Shown here: positions 10,231-19,519 of the stretch, piece after piece
Numbering within the stretch: the stretch's first letter is position 1
How the letters are laid out: every line of letters begins with the position of its first letter
NCBI GenBank assembly: GCA_036676395.1
Contig: JAKFCY010000002.1
Coordinates: forward strand, 864,001-928,000
Length of the DNA: 64,000 bases
Reading direction: 5' to 3'
DNA from: Bdellovibrio sp.
GTDB taxonomy: Bacteria; Bdellovibrionota; Bdellovibrionia; Bdellovibrionales; Bdellovibrionaceae
Program-made: the position numbers and the translations under genes
Notes under the pieces: generated by a model
What the model was told of the DNA's origin: nothing
The model's database searches: none
What the model saw: only the letters and a program-made list of their open reading frames with translations

Positions 10231-11000
10231 CTAAACCAATACGAGCGCATTGAGATCGAACCATTCTGAATTTCGTTGTAAACGACTTCTGGCGGAACGG
10301 TTCGATTTTCAAAACTGGCTCCTAGGCAATACACTAGCGGTAAAAAATGTTCTGGCGTTGGTACTGCTAATTTGCCAGCAGGGTGTTTATCCCAGTTTTC
10401 AATTAAATTTTGATCGTCGCGATTTTTAACCTGTTGGTGAACCCAATGATCAAAATCTGAACTCCACGCCATGACCGGCGCTTTTTCTTTCCAGTCAAAG
10501 TTTCGTAAGTTGTGCACGATATTACCTGATCCTAAAATTAAAATGCCTTGCTCGCGTAAATCCGCAAGTTTTTCAGCCAAGCGGTAATGTTCAGTAAAAG
10601 ATTTACTGCGATCTAAACTTAATTGCACAACCGGAATATCTGCTTTCGGAAAAAGGTGAACTAACGTTGACCAGGCCCCGTGATCTAAACCCCAGCTGTT
10701 ATCGGGTTTAATTCCAAGTTCTGTTTTTTTATCAAACATTTGTGGATACCCTGATGGCTGATATTTAATTTCATATAACTCATCAGGAAACCCTGACATG
10801 TCATAGATTTGTCTGGGTTTTGTATCCATCGTAAAGTGGGTACCATTAGCAGTCTCCCAGTGAGCCGAAATCATTAAGATCGCTTTCGGTGGATTTTTTA
10901 ATAATCTTTCACCTAGGTCATTTAATGTTCTTGAGTACTCGTTATCAGCTAGCGCATTCATCGGTGAACCGTGGCTAATAAATAAAATGGGTTGTCTCAT
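10227..11000 (-). CDS. ygiD: DODA-type extradiol ring-cleavage dioxygenase (YgiD/LigB family)
   Basis: [45 protein letters not shown] before ATG 11000. Confidence 0.88.
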   Translation of the reverse strand: MRQPILFISHGSPMNALADNEYSRTLNDLGERLLKNPPKAILMISAHWETANGTHFTMDTKPRQIYDMSGFPDELYEIKYQPSGYPQMFDKKTELGIKPDNSWGLDHGAWSTLVHLFPKADIPVVQLSLDRSKSFTEHYRLAEKLADLREQGILILGSGNIVHNLRNFDWKEKAPVMAWSSDFDHWVHQQVKNRDDQNLIENWDKHPAGKLAVPTPEHFLPLVYCLGASFENRTVPPEVVYNEIQNGSISMRSYWFS

Positions 11001-11021
11001 GGTGTCCTCCTTACGCATTAA

Positions 11022-11636
11022 CTACTTGGCTTTTGCACCTTGTACTTTTAAAGAAATCGTTACTTCATCACCGACAACGGGGCCAACTTCAACGGCTTTG
11101 CTCCATTTTAAACCGAACTGTTGACGGTTAATTTTTGTCGAAGCATTGAAGGCTGCTTTTTCGTTGCCGTAAGCATCTTTAACTACACCTAAAAATTTAC
11201 CATCTAAAGTGACTTCTTTGGTTTTATCTTTAATTGTTAGATCACCGACGACTTTAAAATTTTCAGGGGTGCCTGTGATTTTTTTACTTTTGAAAGTCAT
11301 TTTCGGATATTTTGCGACATCAAAAAAATCTGCGCTTTTTAAATGTTTATCGCGGTCGCCATTTGAGGTGTCGATTGTTGATACGTCAATTGATGCAGTT
11401 ACTTTTGAATCTGTGAATTTATCAGCTAATTCAATCTCACCGTCATATTTGGTAAAGCGGCCTTCGACTGTTGAAATCACTAAGTGGGGGATTTCAAAGC
11501 CTACTTTTGAATGCGCTTCATCTAACGTGTATTTGCCGGCTTGGCTTGAAGCCGCAGCTTTTTTGTCAGCAGCTTGAGTTGTAAAGCCTAAAGTACTGAT
11601 GGCTAATGCGATTAATAGTGTTTGTTTGTGGTTCAT
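11022..11636 (-). CDS. yceI: YceI family periplasmic lipid/polyisoprenoid-binding protein
   Basis: Signal peptide, HSKVGF, RDKHLKSADFFDV, GDLTIK. Confidence 0.9.
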   Translation of the reverse strand: MNHKQTLLIALAISTLGFTTQAADKKAAASSQAGKYTLDEAHSKVGFEIPHLVISTVEGRFTKYDGEIELADKFTDSKVTASIDVSTIDTSNGDRDKHLKSADFFDVAKYPKMTFKSKKITGTPENFKVVGDLTIKDKTKEVTLDGKFLGVVKDAYGNEKAAFNASTKINRQQFGLKWSKAVEVGPVVGDEVTISLKVQGAKAK

Positions 11637-11723
11637 AGTGTTTCTCCTTGTAAGTAAACAACGTTTGTTAAAGTTAGTATCGCCCGAAATTCAGTGTTGC
11701 AAAAGACCCTATAATTGGAAATA

Positions 11724-11745
11724 ATTGTTCCAATAGTGGAACAAT
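11724..11745. promoter_or_regulatory. Perfect inverted repeat, probable LysR operator
   Basis: ATTGTTCCA-ATAG-TGGAACAAT between the divergent yceI and LTTR genes. Confidence 0.65.
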
Positions 11746-11761
11746 GTGAGGGCTTTCAAGA

Positions 11762-12658
11762 ATGGAACAACTGGGTTTAGATCTGAATCTTGCTAAAATT
11801 TACGTCAAAGTGATCGAATATAAGAGCTTTAGCCAGGCCGCGCGCATGTTGCGTATGCCAAAGTCCACGATCTCGCGCTCGGTCAGTCAGTTAGAAAAAG
11901 ACTTAGGCATTCAGTTAATTCTTAGAACGACTCGTCAATTCAGTATGACTCACCAAGGTGAAACCTTCTATCACGACTGCAAACACCTCCTGGGCGATTT
12001 TGAAGTTAAGGTGAATCAGCTGATAGAAAGCAAAAAAGGTGCTAAGGGAACCGTTCGCGTAACAGCGCCATTAGATCTTGGGGTTGCGGTGTTAAACCCG
12101 CTGATCATAGAGTTCATTGAAAGTTATCCGTTAGTTGAAATTGAGGTCGATTATTCAGATGAAGTTGTTAATTTGGTGCGTGAAGGATTTGATTTAGCTT
12201 TAAGAATCGGAACCCCGAAAGACAGCCGTTTAAAAATGAAAAAAATCGGTGAGTCCTCTTTTTCAGTGATGGCCACCAATGAGTTCTGGCAGCGCCATGG
12301 TTATCCGCAAAAGCCCCAAGACCTAGATGAATTGCCCTATATGCATTTCAGCCGGTTCGGTCGATCGATTAGATTTAGCAATGGCAAAGAAAATTTCAGC
12401 ATTAAAAATGAACCACGCATTACGATTAATAATTTAGAATCGTTAAAAAGTATCGTGTTGGCGTCGCAAGGTTTTAGTATAATACCAGATTTTTTTGCAA
12501 AGACAGAAGTGCAAAAAGGAACATTAGAAGTGGCCTTAAAGTCTTATAAGGCCGTCGCCGTACCGATTTACTGGGCGATGCCAGAGCATAAAGAAAATGC
12601 TCTGGTGATTAAAAATTTTAGGGAGTTTATCACTCCCAAAATTCGCGTCAGTTTATAG
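11762..12658 (+). CDS. LysR-type transcriptional regulator (CrgA-like)
   Basis: SFSQAA...KSTISRSVSQLEKDLGIQLILRTTR HTH; VNLVREGFDLALRIG. Confidence 0.92.
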   Translation: MEQLGLDLNLAKIYVKVIEYKSFSQAARMLRMPKSTISRSVSQLEKDLGIQLILRTTRQFSMTHQGETFYHDCKHLLGDFEVKVNQLIESKKGAKGTVRVTAPLDLGVAVLNPLIIEFIESYPLVEIEVDYSDEVVNLVREGFDLALRIGTPKDSRLKMKKIGESSFSVMATNEFWQRHGYPQKPQDLDELPYMHFSRFGRSIRFSNGKENFSIKNEPRITINNLESLKSIVLASQGFSIIPDFFAKTEVQKGTLEVALKSYKAVAVPIYWAMPEHKENALVIKNFREFITPKIRVSL

Positions 12659-13570
12659 AAGTAAAAGCATGCTGGCGATGCCAGAATAGAATTTGATTTG
12701 GCGATCACGAATCACATGCGGATTGCGCACGCCTAATAAATAGAAGTGACGGTAATCTAAACACTGCTCCCAGTGTTCTAAATTAAGAACAAAAGATTTA
12801 TCAGAACGTACTTTATTTAAAGTTTTTTCTGTTGTCGGGATATTCGTCGTCCAAGTCGCCGATGCGAAACTTACGATACCATCTGAGGGTCCTGTGATGA
12901 AGGCATCAGTCACACTTAGTACGGCCGTCATATTGGCTGCATTGGTGATATCCCAGTTAACGGGTTGGTAACCACCGTAAGCGATAATTTTAAGAGTTGA
13001 AGGTACGCGCACAGATTGAATAAATTTTTGCACGTACGGTGTAGTTAATTGGCGAAGACCATCTAAACGGGCTAAGTCCATTAAAGCTCTGAATGGCCAA
13101 GAGTTCTCACGCCATTTTTCGACGAATTCAACGCCATTAAATGGAGTACTTACCGTAACTAGTGTCTTAATATAGCGGGCGCCTTTGTTGATCGCGTATA
13201 AAGCGTATAATCCACCAGCACTGTGGCCGATCACATTCACTTCAGCATTAGGAGCCAACTGCTTAAGGTTTACGAATAACTTTAAAACGCGTTCGCCGTT
13301 ATCTTCGATAGTGCCAACAGGGTTTAATTTTTGCGCAATCACTACAGTGTAGCCCTTGCTTTGCATCGCTTGAACGATGTCGCCTGAAAAATACTCTGGC
13401 GCGAACGTATTGAAGAAGCCTGGCACAAACACAGCGATGCGTTTTGTACTTGCTGACAAATTGTCGGTCGTTAAGATTTGATCATTATTTGACTCTAACA
13501 ATTGAGCATTAGCAAAAAGTGGTGAAAACACCACAGATAGAATCAAAATTAAAGATGTAAGTTTTACCAT
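12653..13570 (-). CDS. Secreted alpha/beta-hydrolase lipase/esterase
   Basis: Signal peptide, GHSAG nucleophile elbow, STPFNG, SDGIV, late His. Confidence 0.85.
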   Translation of the reverse strand: MVKLTSLILILSVVFSPLFANAQLLESNNDQILTTDNLSASTKRIAVFVPGFFNTFAPEYFSGDIVQAMQSKGYTVVIAQKLNPVGTIEDNGERVLKLFVNLKQLAPNAEVNVIGHSAGGLYALYAINKGARYIKTLVTVSTPFNGVEFVEKWRENSWPFRALMDLARLDGLRQLTTPYVQKFIQSVRVPSTLKIIAYGGYQPVNWDITNAANMTAVLSVTDAFITGPSDGIVSFASATWTTNIPTTEKTLNKVRSDKSFVLNLEHWEQCLDYRHFYLLGVRNPHVIRDRQIKFYSGIASMLLLL

Positions 13571-13781
13571 GTATCCCCCCCGGAAAACCTTGCGAAACTT
13601 GGGTAAGAACCTAAGCTTAGGAACCTTGGGCTGTCACTAACGGTGAATGAAAAAACAAAAATTAGAGTTAAAAACCTATAAAATTCACCTTAACGTAAAT
13701 TTGACATGTTGCGACATCGCTTGAAATAGAGTATAAAGGTAGGCGTCTCAGAACACACACGGACCTTTGGGGGTACAATAT

Positions 13782-14354
13782 ATGTCAAACACGGAATCAA
13801 CTCCGACAGCACCAGCTATTAACGTTAAAGATACTGGTAGAACAAAAGAAGACGAAATCGAAATTAATGATGAAGATGAATTAGAATCAGCAGGTAAGGT
13901 TCACGACCGTTTCGGTGGTGATGACGATATCTCAGTAGATGCAGGCTTAGATAACACACAAGCTTTAAACTTATTATCTGAAGAAGATGAAGACTTTAAC
14001 TTTGATGCTGTAGAAAACATTTTAGAACTTCCTGAAAATGAATTTCCTAAATTTACTTTAGCAAAAAATAAAGCGCGCTTTTTACGTATGGTATCTTGGT
14101 ACCGTCAAAAAGAAGAGTGGATCGAAGTAGCTCCTTTATCTGGAGTACAAAAGCTTTTCAAACAACAAACTAAAGAGCTTGAAGGCATCCGCGCATCTAA
14201 AATGGATTACGAAATGGAACTTGAGACAGGAACATTAACTCCGTCACAACGTTCTTACAAACGTGACGAATTAAAAATGTGCCGCGTACAAGAAAAAATG
14301 GCTGTTCACTTAATCTCTAAGTTACAGTTAAAAATCAAATCTGGCCGTCGGTAA
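13782..14354 (+). CDS. Hypothetical protein (acidic N-terminus, helical basic C-terminus)
   Basis: ORF with GGGGG RBS and an upstream TTGCGA-N17-TATAAA promoter (13709-13737). Confidence 0.75.
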   Translation: MSNTESTPTAPAINVKDTGRTKEDEIEINDEDELESAGKVHDRFGGDDDISVDAGLDNTQALNLLSEEDEDFNFDAVENILELPENEFPKFTLAKNKARFLRMVSWYRQKEEWIEVAPLSGVQKLFKQQTKELEGIRASKMDYEMELETGTLTPSQRSYKRDELKMCRVQEKMAVHLISKLQLKIKSGRR

Positions 14355-14430
14355 TTTGGCTGCCGTTCCGGCAGACAATTCTCGCTAGAATACATTTGAA
14401 CGAATAATTAAAACGGATCATGATTAAAAT

Positions 14431-15147
14431 ATGATCCGTTTTTTATTTCTGGCGCTATTACTTATTTCTCAAACCTCAGTGGCTGCGACCATTCAAGGTT
14501 TTAGTGATGAGCATTTTTATCCCATGGTTGAACGCGCTCGTGGGCAAAAATCAAAAAACTTATTAATCGCCGGCGCTATTCTTTCAGCGGCTAGTTACGA
14601 TAAACAGTATGAAATTCCCAAAGTCACCGCGAGCCAAATTAAAATGGGCGAAGATTTAGGCGGGGGAGTGTTCTCTGGTCTAATCATTGCCTCACAATTT
14701 ATTTTTGACAGTGATACTTATAATTACCAATCGCATTTGCGCGGTTTAGCTTATGATATTGGTTTTGTTTTTGGAATGAAGGCTCTCTTGCATGGGCGCT
14801 GGCCCGGAGCCAATTATGATTACCAAGCTTTTCCCTCAGCACATGCATCGATTGCATTTATGAGTGCGACAAGCCTGACATATGCCTATGGTTGGCCAAT
14901 GGCCATCATTGCTTATCCTGCGGCAACATTTGTTGCTTACTCGCGCTTAGGGTATGATTGTACTCGTTTGTCAGATGTTATCGCAGGAGCTACGATCGGC
15001 ATCTGGCTTGGCAGAGCCAGCTACTATGAAAATGCAGATGCCGCGAAAGATATTCGTCTACAGAAAAATCCAAAGATAACTTCACTCGAAGTTTTTCCGA
15101 TTTTCTCAGCAAACCAAATTGGAACAGTTGTTTACTATTCGTTTTAG
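14431..15147 (+). CDS. PAP2-superfamily phosphatase
   Basis: K...RWP, FPSAHAS, SRL...SDVIAGA motifs; the third-motif His is not evident (YDCTR), so activity is uncertain. Confidence 0.75.
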   Translation: MIRFLFLALLLISQTSVAATIQGFSDEHFYPMVERARGQKSKNLLIAGAILSAASYDKQYEIPKVTASQIKMGEDLGGGVFSGLIIASQFIFDSDTYNYQSHLRGLAYDIGFVFGMKALLHGRWPGANYDYQAFPSAHASIAFMSATSLTYAYGWPMAIIAYPAATFVAYSRLGYDCTRLSDVIAGATIGIWLGRASYYENADAAKDIRLQKNPKITSLEVFPIFSANQIGTVVYYSF

Positions 15148-15243
15148 CCCTAGTCTCACGACCAGAAAATTTTGTTTTGAGTCGTTCTAAGCCTCGTAAA
15201 ATCGTTATAAGCATTTATTCTCAATATATTTCTCATCTGCCCC

Positions 15244-15270
15244 TAAAGGTTTTCTATTTCATTCCGATAC
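15244..15270 (+). promoter_or_regulatory. sigma28-like promoter of the Fis-like gene
   Basis: TAAA-N15-TCCGATAC. Confidence 0.55.
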
Positions 15271-15370
15271 ATTCATTGTGAGTCATTTGAATCATACAGG
15301 TACAAAAGACTTTAGATTTTAACTTAATGTTTAATGGCGTAACGCCAAGACGATTAACGAGGGAGGCCTA

Positions 15371-15808
15371 ATGGCTCGATCATTTGTATACATTGTATCA
15401 GAGAATCCTGAAGTCGTTGAGAAGGTAAAAAAATCTTGCGAAGGTCAAGATGTTAACTTTTTCAATTATTCGGGGCCGCAATGGAGAGAAGGAATGGACA
15501 ATCCATTCTTCAGAACACAACTAACTAACGGTGTTCCAGCTCTTACTGCCGGTTTAACACCCATCACTCATGAAGGTGGAAACAACGTAGTTTCTTTCCC
15601 TCAGGCTTCTTCTGGTCAAACAGAAAAAGTTCAGAAGATGGAAGACATGGAAGCTCGTGCTATCGAAGCTGCTATTTACCAATACAAAGGTAATTTAACA
15701 GAAGCGGCAAAAGCATTAGGCATCGGCCGTGCTACTCTTTATCGTAAAGTAAAACAATATCACATCGACCCCTCCCAAGCTCGACGTCGTAAACTTGTTG
15801 CAGCTTAA
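15371..15808 (+). CDS. Stand-alone Fis-type HTH (HTH_8) DNA-binding protein
   Basis: GNLTEAAKALGIGRATLYRKVKQY; no AAA+ domain; GGAGG RBS. Confidence 0.85.
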   Translation: MARSFVYIVSENPEVVEKVKKSCEGQDVNFFNYSGPQWREGMDNPFFRTQLTNGVPALTAGLTPITHEGGNNVVSFPQASSGQTEKVQKMEDMEARAIEAAIYQYKGNLTEAAKALGIGRATLYRKVKQYHIDPSQARRRKLVAA

Positions 15809-15855
15809 TTGCTGTAACAACTCGCGACCGATATTTGATTTAATCAAAATGAAAC

Positions 15856-15893
15856 ATACGGCTGGACCTTTGGTCTGGCCGTATCGTTTTTTT
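15856..15893 (+). terminator. Intrinsic terminator
   Basis: ATACGGCTGGACC-TTT-GGTCTGGCCGTAT followed by a T7 run. Confidence 0.75.
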
Positions 15894-15936
15894 GCCGTTT
15901 GTATGAGAGAATTATTTATAAGCCCACGGAGAGAAT

Positions 15937-16446
15937 ATGACTAAACCAAATAAAATTTTTGCGGCCCTTGTAGGTGTTATCGCGATCGCTTTTACGACTC
16001 ATTATTTTTTTGTAAGCAGCATTGAAGAAAATGATCGTGAAGTTGCTAGTTTTGGTGAACGTAATTCTGTGGATCAAATTAAATGGGAACATAACTTAGC
16101 CCGTGATTTGGCTGCGGGAAAAGTAAAAACCCAATTACCTTCGCAAGTTTCTTGGCAAGATGTGTTCGTCTATGAATTTTTACGTGGCCAATACAATATT
16201 TCTTTGAAACAAGGTCAGATTGACCGCATCACTTTGCAAGACCAACATGAAGGTTTTGCTATTGATGTGAACCAGTTTATGAAAGACTACGGCTCTAAGA
16301 TGAAAAACTTCACGAAATTCGAAGTTAAAAAAATAGATGCTAAGCAAGACATCGTTGAGCTTATGGATGCTTCTGGGCATGATGCTGGCGCGTTTTTATT
16401 TAATCGCAATGACCAAGGTCGAGTGACTGAGATAGTCGTACAATAA
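15937..16446 (+). CDS. Membrane-anchored hypothetical protein
   Basis: N-terminal TM helix, GGAG RBS. Confidence 0.7.
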   Translation: MTKPNKIFAALVGVIAIAFTTHYFFVSSIEENDREVASFGERNSVDQIKWEHNLARDLAAGKVKTQLPSQVSWQDVFVYEFLRGQYNISLKQGQIDRITLQDQHEGFAIDVNQFMKDYGSKMKNFTKFEVKKIDAKQDIVELMDASGHDAGAFLFNRNDQGRVTEIVVQ

Positions 16447-16463
16447 CGCGGGCGGTAGCGCGG

Positions 16464-16510
16464 AGCTACCATCCTTGGCAAGCTTCTGACGGCTTCCTGC
16501 CGTCAGATCA
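16464..16510. repeat. 47-bp dispersed hairpin repeat, copy 2
   Basis: 43/47 identical to 9200-9246; here followed by a T run (terminator-like). Confidence 0.85.
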
Positions 16511-16562
16511 TTTTTTTAGAAAATTAGACTCTGTTTTTCCTCTGAAATACCGATAAAACTGT

Positions 16563-17807
16563 ATGGTATTTCCAGATTTAAATACATTTGAAATTTCTGA
16601 ACAAAAACATAAGCCGCTCGTGCCGATTCGTGTTCTTTCATTCGTGATTGATTACTTTATTTTTGCACCGGTGATCAGCTTTTTAGTGTTAGTGTTTTTT
16701 CACAGTGGGGTAGATATCTACCGCAGTTTTCCGAAATCGGCTGAAGCTCAATCTGTCTTTGGGTATTTAGTTGTTGGCTATGTGATTTTATCTACTTTTT
16801 TTCAGGCGGTGTTTATGTCGTTTATCGGCGCAACACCAGGTCAGTATTTTTTAAAACTTAAAGTTGAATTTAAAAATACCCAGTATCCGATTTTTTTACA
16901 GGCCTGGGCCCGCCAGCTTGGTTTTGTGATTAGTTTTTTATTTTTAGGTATTCCATTTTTAAAAGCTTTGGCTGATGAAAACGGGCAGTGCTTTTATGAA
17001 AAGATGACTGAGTCTCAGTTAGTGTCGCGTTGGCCGATGGATTCTAATTCTTATTTTTTTAAAGCTATTGATGTTGATCGTAAATTTTGGTCAGCTTCAC
17101 TTGCAACGATCAGTTCATTTTTAATTGCTCTTGGGCTAGTGATGTTTTGGAAGAACTATCAGTTTGTTCTTACGTCTCCTGACACTTATGCAAAGATCAA
17201 AGCTAAGAAAAAATCTTGTACTGAGTTTGTTCATTTAGACTCAACTGATCGGTTACGTTATGCTATTGCAATGAATTTAGTGGGCACAGTCAGTGATGCC
17301 TGCCTTGATCAGGAAGCTGATTTTGTTTTATGGCGTAATTTTACGGATGACCGCGCCTTGGCTTATTTTGCTAAGTTTGTTTCTAGCAATAATGACCGTT
17401 TAGAAAGCAGATATTTAAAGCAGGCCTGTACAGAAGATGAATCTTCAGAAGGCTGTTACTGGGCGACTACATTTACCGAAAATAATTTCGCAGCGATTCG
17501 TAATAAGCCTGAAATGGCCAGAACTTTGTTAGGTAAAGTTTTACTTTACGAGTTTGCATCTAAAGGTAATACGAAGAAACGCCTTCAGGCTTTTAATGAT
17601 TTAAAAGAATACGTTAATTTTAAAAGTGTGAAGAAGTATCTTCTGTTAGAAAATTTAAATTTAAACTTAAATAAAGATATGGAAGAATTAACAGCTAAAA
17701 CTACTCTGCAAGATCCAAAAGCACGCCGTCCTGCTAATTTCGAGCCTTTGAAAAAAGAACCTCTGCTAGACAGCGATGAAATTAAAACGCTGATCGAGGA
17801 TTTATGA
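16563..17807 (+). CDS. RDD-domain membrane protein with C-terminal extracytoplasmic Cys-containing region
   Basis: RVLSFVIDY, GATPGQYFLKLKV, AWARQ RDD pattern. Confidence 0.75.
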   Translation: MVFPDLNTFEISEQKHKPLVPIRVLSFVIDYFIFAPVISFLVLVFFHSGVDIYRSFPKSAEAQSVFGYLVVGYVILSTFFQAVFMSFIGATPGQYFLKLKVEFKNTQYPIFLQAWARQLGFVISFLFLGIPFLKALADENGQCFYEKMTESQLVSRWPMDSNSYFFKAIDVDRKFWSASLATISSFLIALGLVMFWKNYQFVLTSPDTYAKIKAKKKSCTEFVHLDSTDRLRYAIAMNLVGTVSDACLDQEADFVLWRNFTDDRALAYFAKFVSSNNDRLESRYLKQACTEDESSEGCYWATTFTENNFAAIRNKPEMARTLLGKVLLYEFASKGNTKKRLQAFNDLKEYVNFKSVKKYLLLENLNLNLNKDMEELTAKTTLQDPKARRPANFEPLKKEPLLDSDEIKTLIEDL

Positions 17808-18757
17808 TTTTTCCTGGCGATATCTATCAGCAAAAAATTCAGCCAAGCTTAACGCCAGTTTGGATATTGATGGCGATCAATGTGTTTGTGTATTTATTTA
17901 CCTTAGTGGGGTATTCAGATCCAGGTCGTAATTATCGTCCTGAAATTTACCAGGAAAAGATCGCCAAACTTTCTGAGATGTATCGGCAAACGTTAGACCC
18001 TATTGAACTTGAAACCTATAACCCGCAAAATATTCCGGCGATGATTCGTGATTCGCGCTTTTGGTTACGGGCCCAGAATTTTCCGTTTAAGGGCGATCAG
18101 GTTAAAATTGAAGACACAAAAATATTTTTAGCAGACCTGCGCTCTGAATATTTAAAGTCTCCGCAGTACACTTTTGGTTTATCTCCGTCGCCAACTTCAT
18201 TGTGGGCCTGGTTTACCTATCAGTTTTTACATACTGGTTTTTTTCATTTAGCGATGAATTTATTTTTTTTATTCTTAGTGCTTTCGGTTTTACAAAAAAT
18301 GGTTCCACAAAGCTGGGTTTACTCAGTGTATGTCATCAGCGGTTTAGGTGGCGGGGTCGCGTATCTTTATATGAATCAATTTAATGAAATCGCAGTTCTT
18401 GGAGCCAGTGGCGCCATTTGTGGTTTGATGGCCTTTTTGGCTGTGATTGGCAATATAAAAAATATTGAGTGGAGTTATTTTTTATCTCCGCTAAAAGGTT
18501 ATTACGGTATTATTTATTTACCGGCTTTTTTGCTGTTTCCGGTTTATTTGCTTTCAGATTTTACCACAGTTCTTTATTACACCTCAGGGGTGCAATCATC
18601 GGTGGCGCATTCAGCGCACATCGGGGGCACGCTGGTTGGGTTTTTATTGGGATTATATTTTCTGTGGGATCAAAAAGTTAAAATGAATGTCTTAAATAAT
18701 TGGGGCCATGCCCTGTCGCAAGAAGACTATTCTGAACTACGCGATAAAATCAGTTAA
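17804..18757 (+). CDS. Rhomboid intramembrane serine protease
   Basis: YQFLHTGFFHLAMN, GASGA, AHIGG; ATGA overlap with the RDD gene. Confidence 0.9.
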   Translation: MIFPGDIYQQKIQPSLTPVWILMAINVFVYLFTLVGYSDPGRNYRPEIYQEKIAKLSEMYRQTLDPIELETYNPQNIPAMIRDSRFWLRAQNFPFKGDQVKIEDTKIFLADLRSEYLKSPQYTFGLSPSPTSLWAWFTYQFLHTGFFHLAMNLFFLFLVLSVLQKMVPQSWVYSVYVISGLGGGVAYLYMNQFNEIAVLGASGAICGLMAFLAVIGNIKNIEWSYFLSPLKGYYGIIYLPAFLLFPVYLLSDFTTVLYYTSGVQSSVAHSAHIGGTLVGFLLGLYFLWDQKVKMNVLNNWGHALSQEDYSELRDKIS

Positions 18758-19399
18758 TTATTTTCTAAAGTGATAATCTCCATCATACACAATTGTGCGT
18801 TTCGCTGGTGTTGAGCCATCAACCGGTGAACCTGCTTGTGCATACGAGAAAAGTAAATCTCCCACGGCAAAACTTCCCGAAGCCATATTGTAGTGCATAG
18901 CTGTTGTATATTTTATTTGTCCGTACGTTGGCATAATCGTCGAGCCACATGTGCGGCCGGCAACACTTTGAGCAATTCCAGATGACCAATTTGTCAGGCC
19001 ACAATAACTTGAACTGTTCAGCGTATTCGCTGCACCTGCAGTAGCAGGAGTGAGCGACAGAATATAGTAAGTCCAATCAACTGAAGCTTCATCGCCAGCT
19101 GCCGGTTGATATGTGATGGCTGCAGAGTAGGTACCTTTATATTCAGCGGTGAAATGCAAAGTCCCGCAGTTTGAGCCAGTATTGTAAACTCGCATTGTCG
19201 TCGTAAAATTATCACCCGAAAAGACTTGTTGCTGTGAAACGTCTGAATAACAAGGAGCGTTCCAGGTACCATGTAGCATAGCTAAGCCACCATTCGGATT
19301 ACTTGGAATTTCTATTTCAAGTTCTGTTTGAGATCCGCCACAACTTACTAAAATTGAGAAAGTTAAGGTTGTTAGAAAATAGATGAGAACGTTCTTCAT
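18758..19399 (-). CDS. Hypothetical lipoprotein
   Basis: MKNVLIYFLTTLTFSILVS-C lipobox from ATG 19399; sigma28-like promoter at 19407-19433. Confidence 0.7.
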   Translation of the reverse strand: MKNVLIYFLTTLTFSILVSCGGSQTELEIEIPSNPNGGLAMLHGTWNAPCYSDVSQQQVFSGDNFTTTMRVYNTGSNCGTLHFTAEYKGTYSAAITYQPAAGDEASVDWTYYILSLTPATAGAANTLNSSSYCGLTNWSSGIAQSVAGRTCGSTIMPTYGQIKYTTAMHYNMASGSFAVGDLLFSYAQAGSPVDGSTPAKRTIVYDGDYHFRK

Positions 19400-19519
19400 A
19401 CTGTTCTCATCGGAAGTCGAGGTGTTAACTTTAAATAAACTAGGTTTGTATGTCTTGTTCTGAAACACAAATGGATGATGTTACCCCTTTGTGCTTCAAA
19501 AGATATGTTGGAATAAAAA

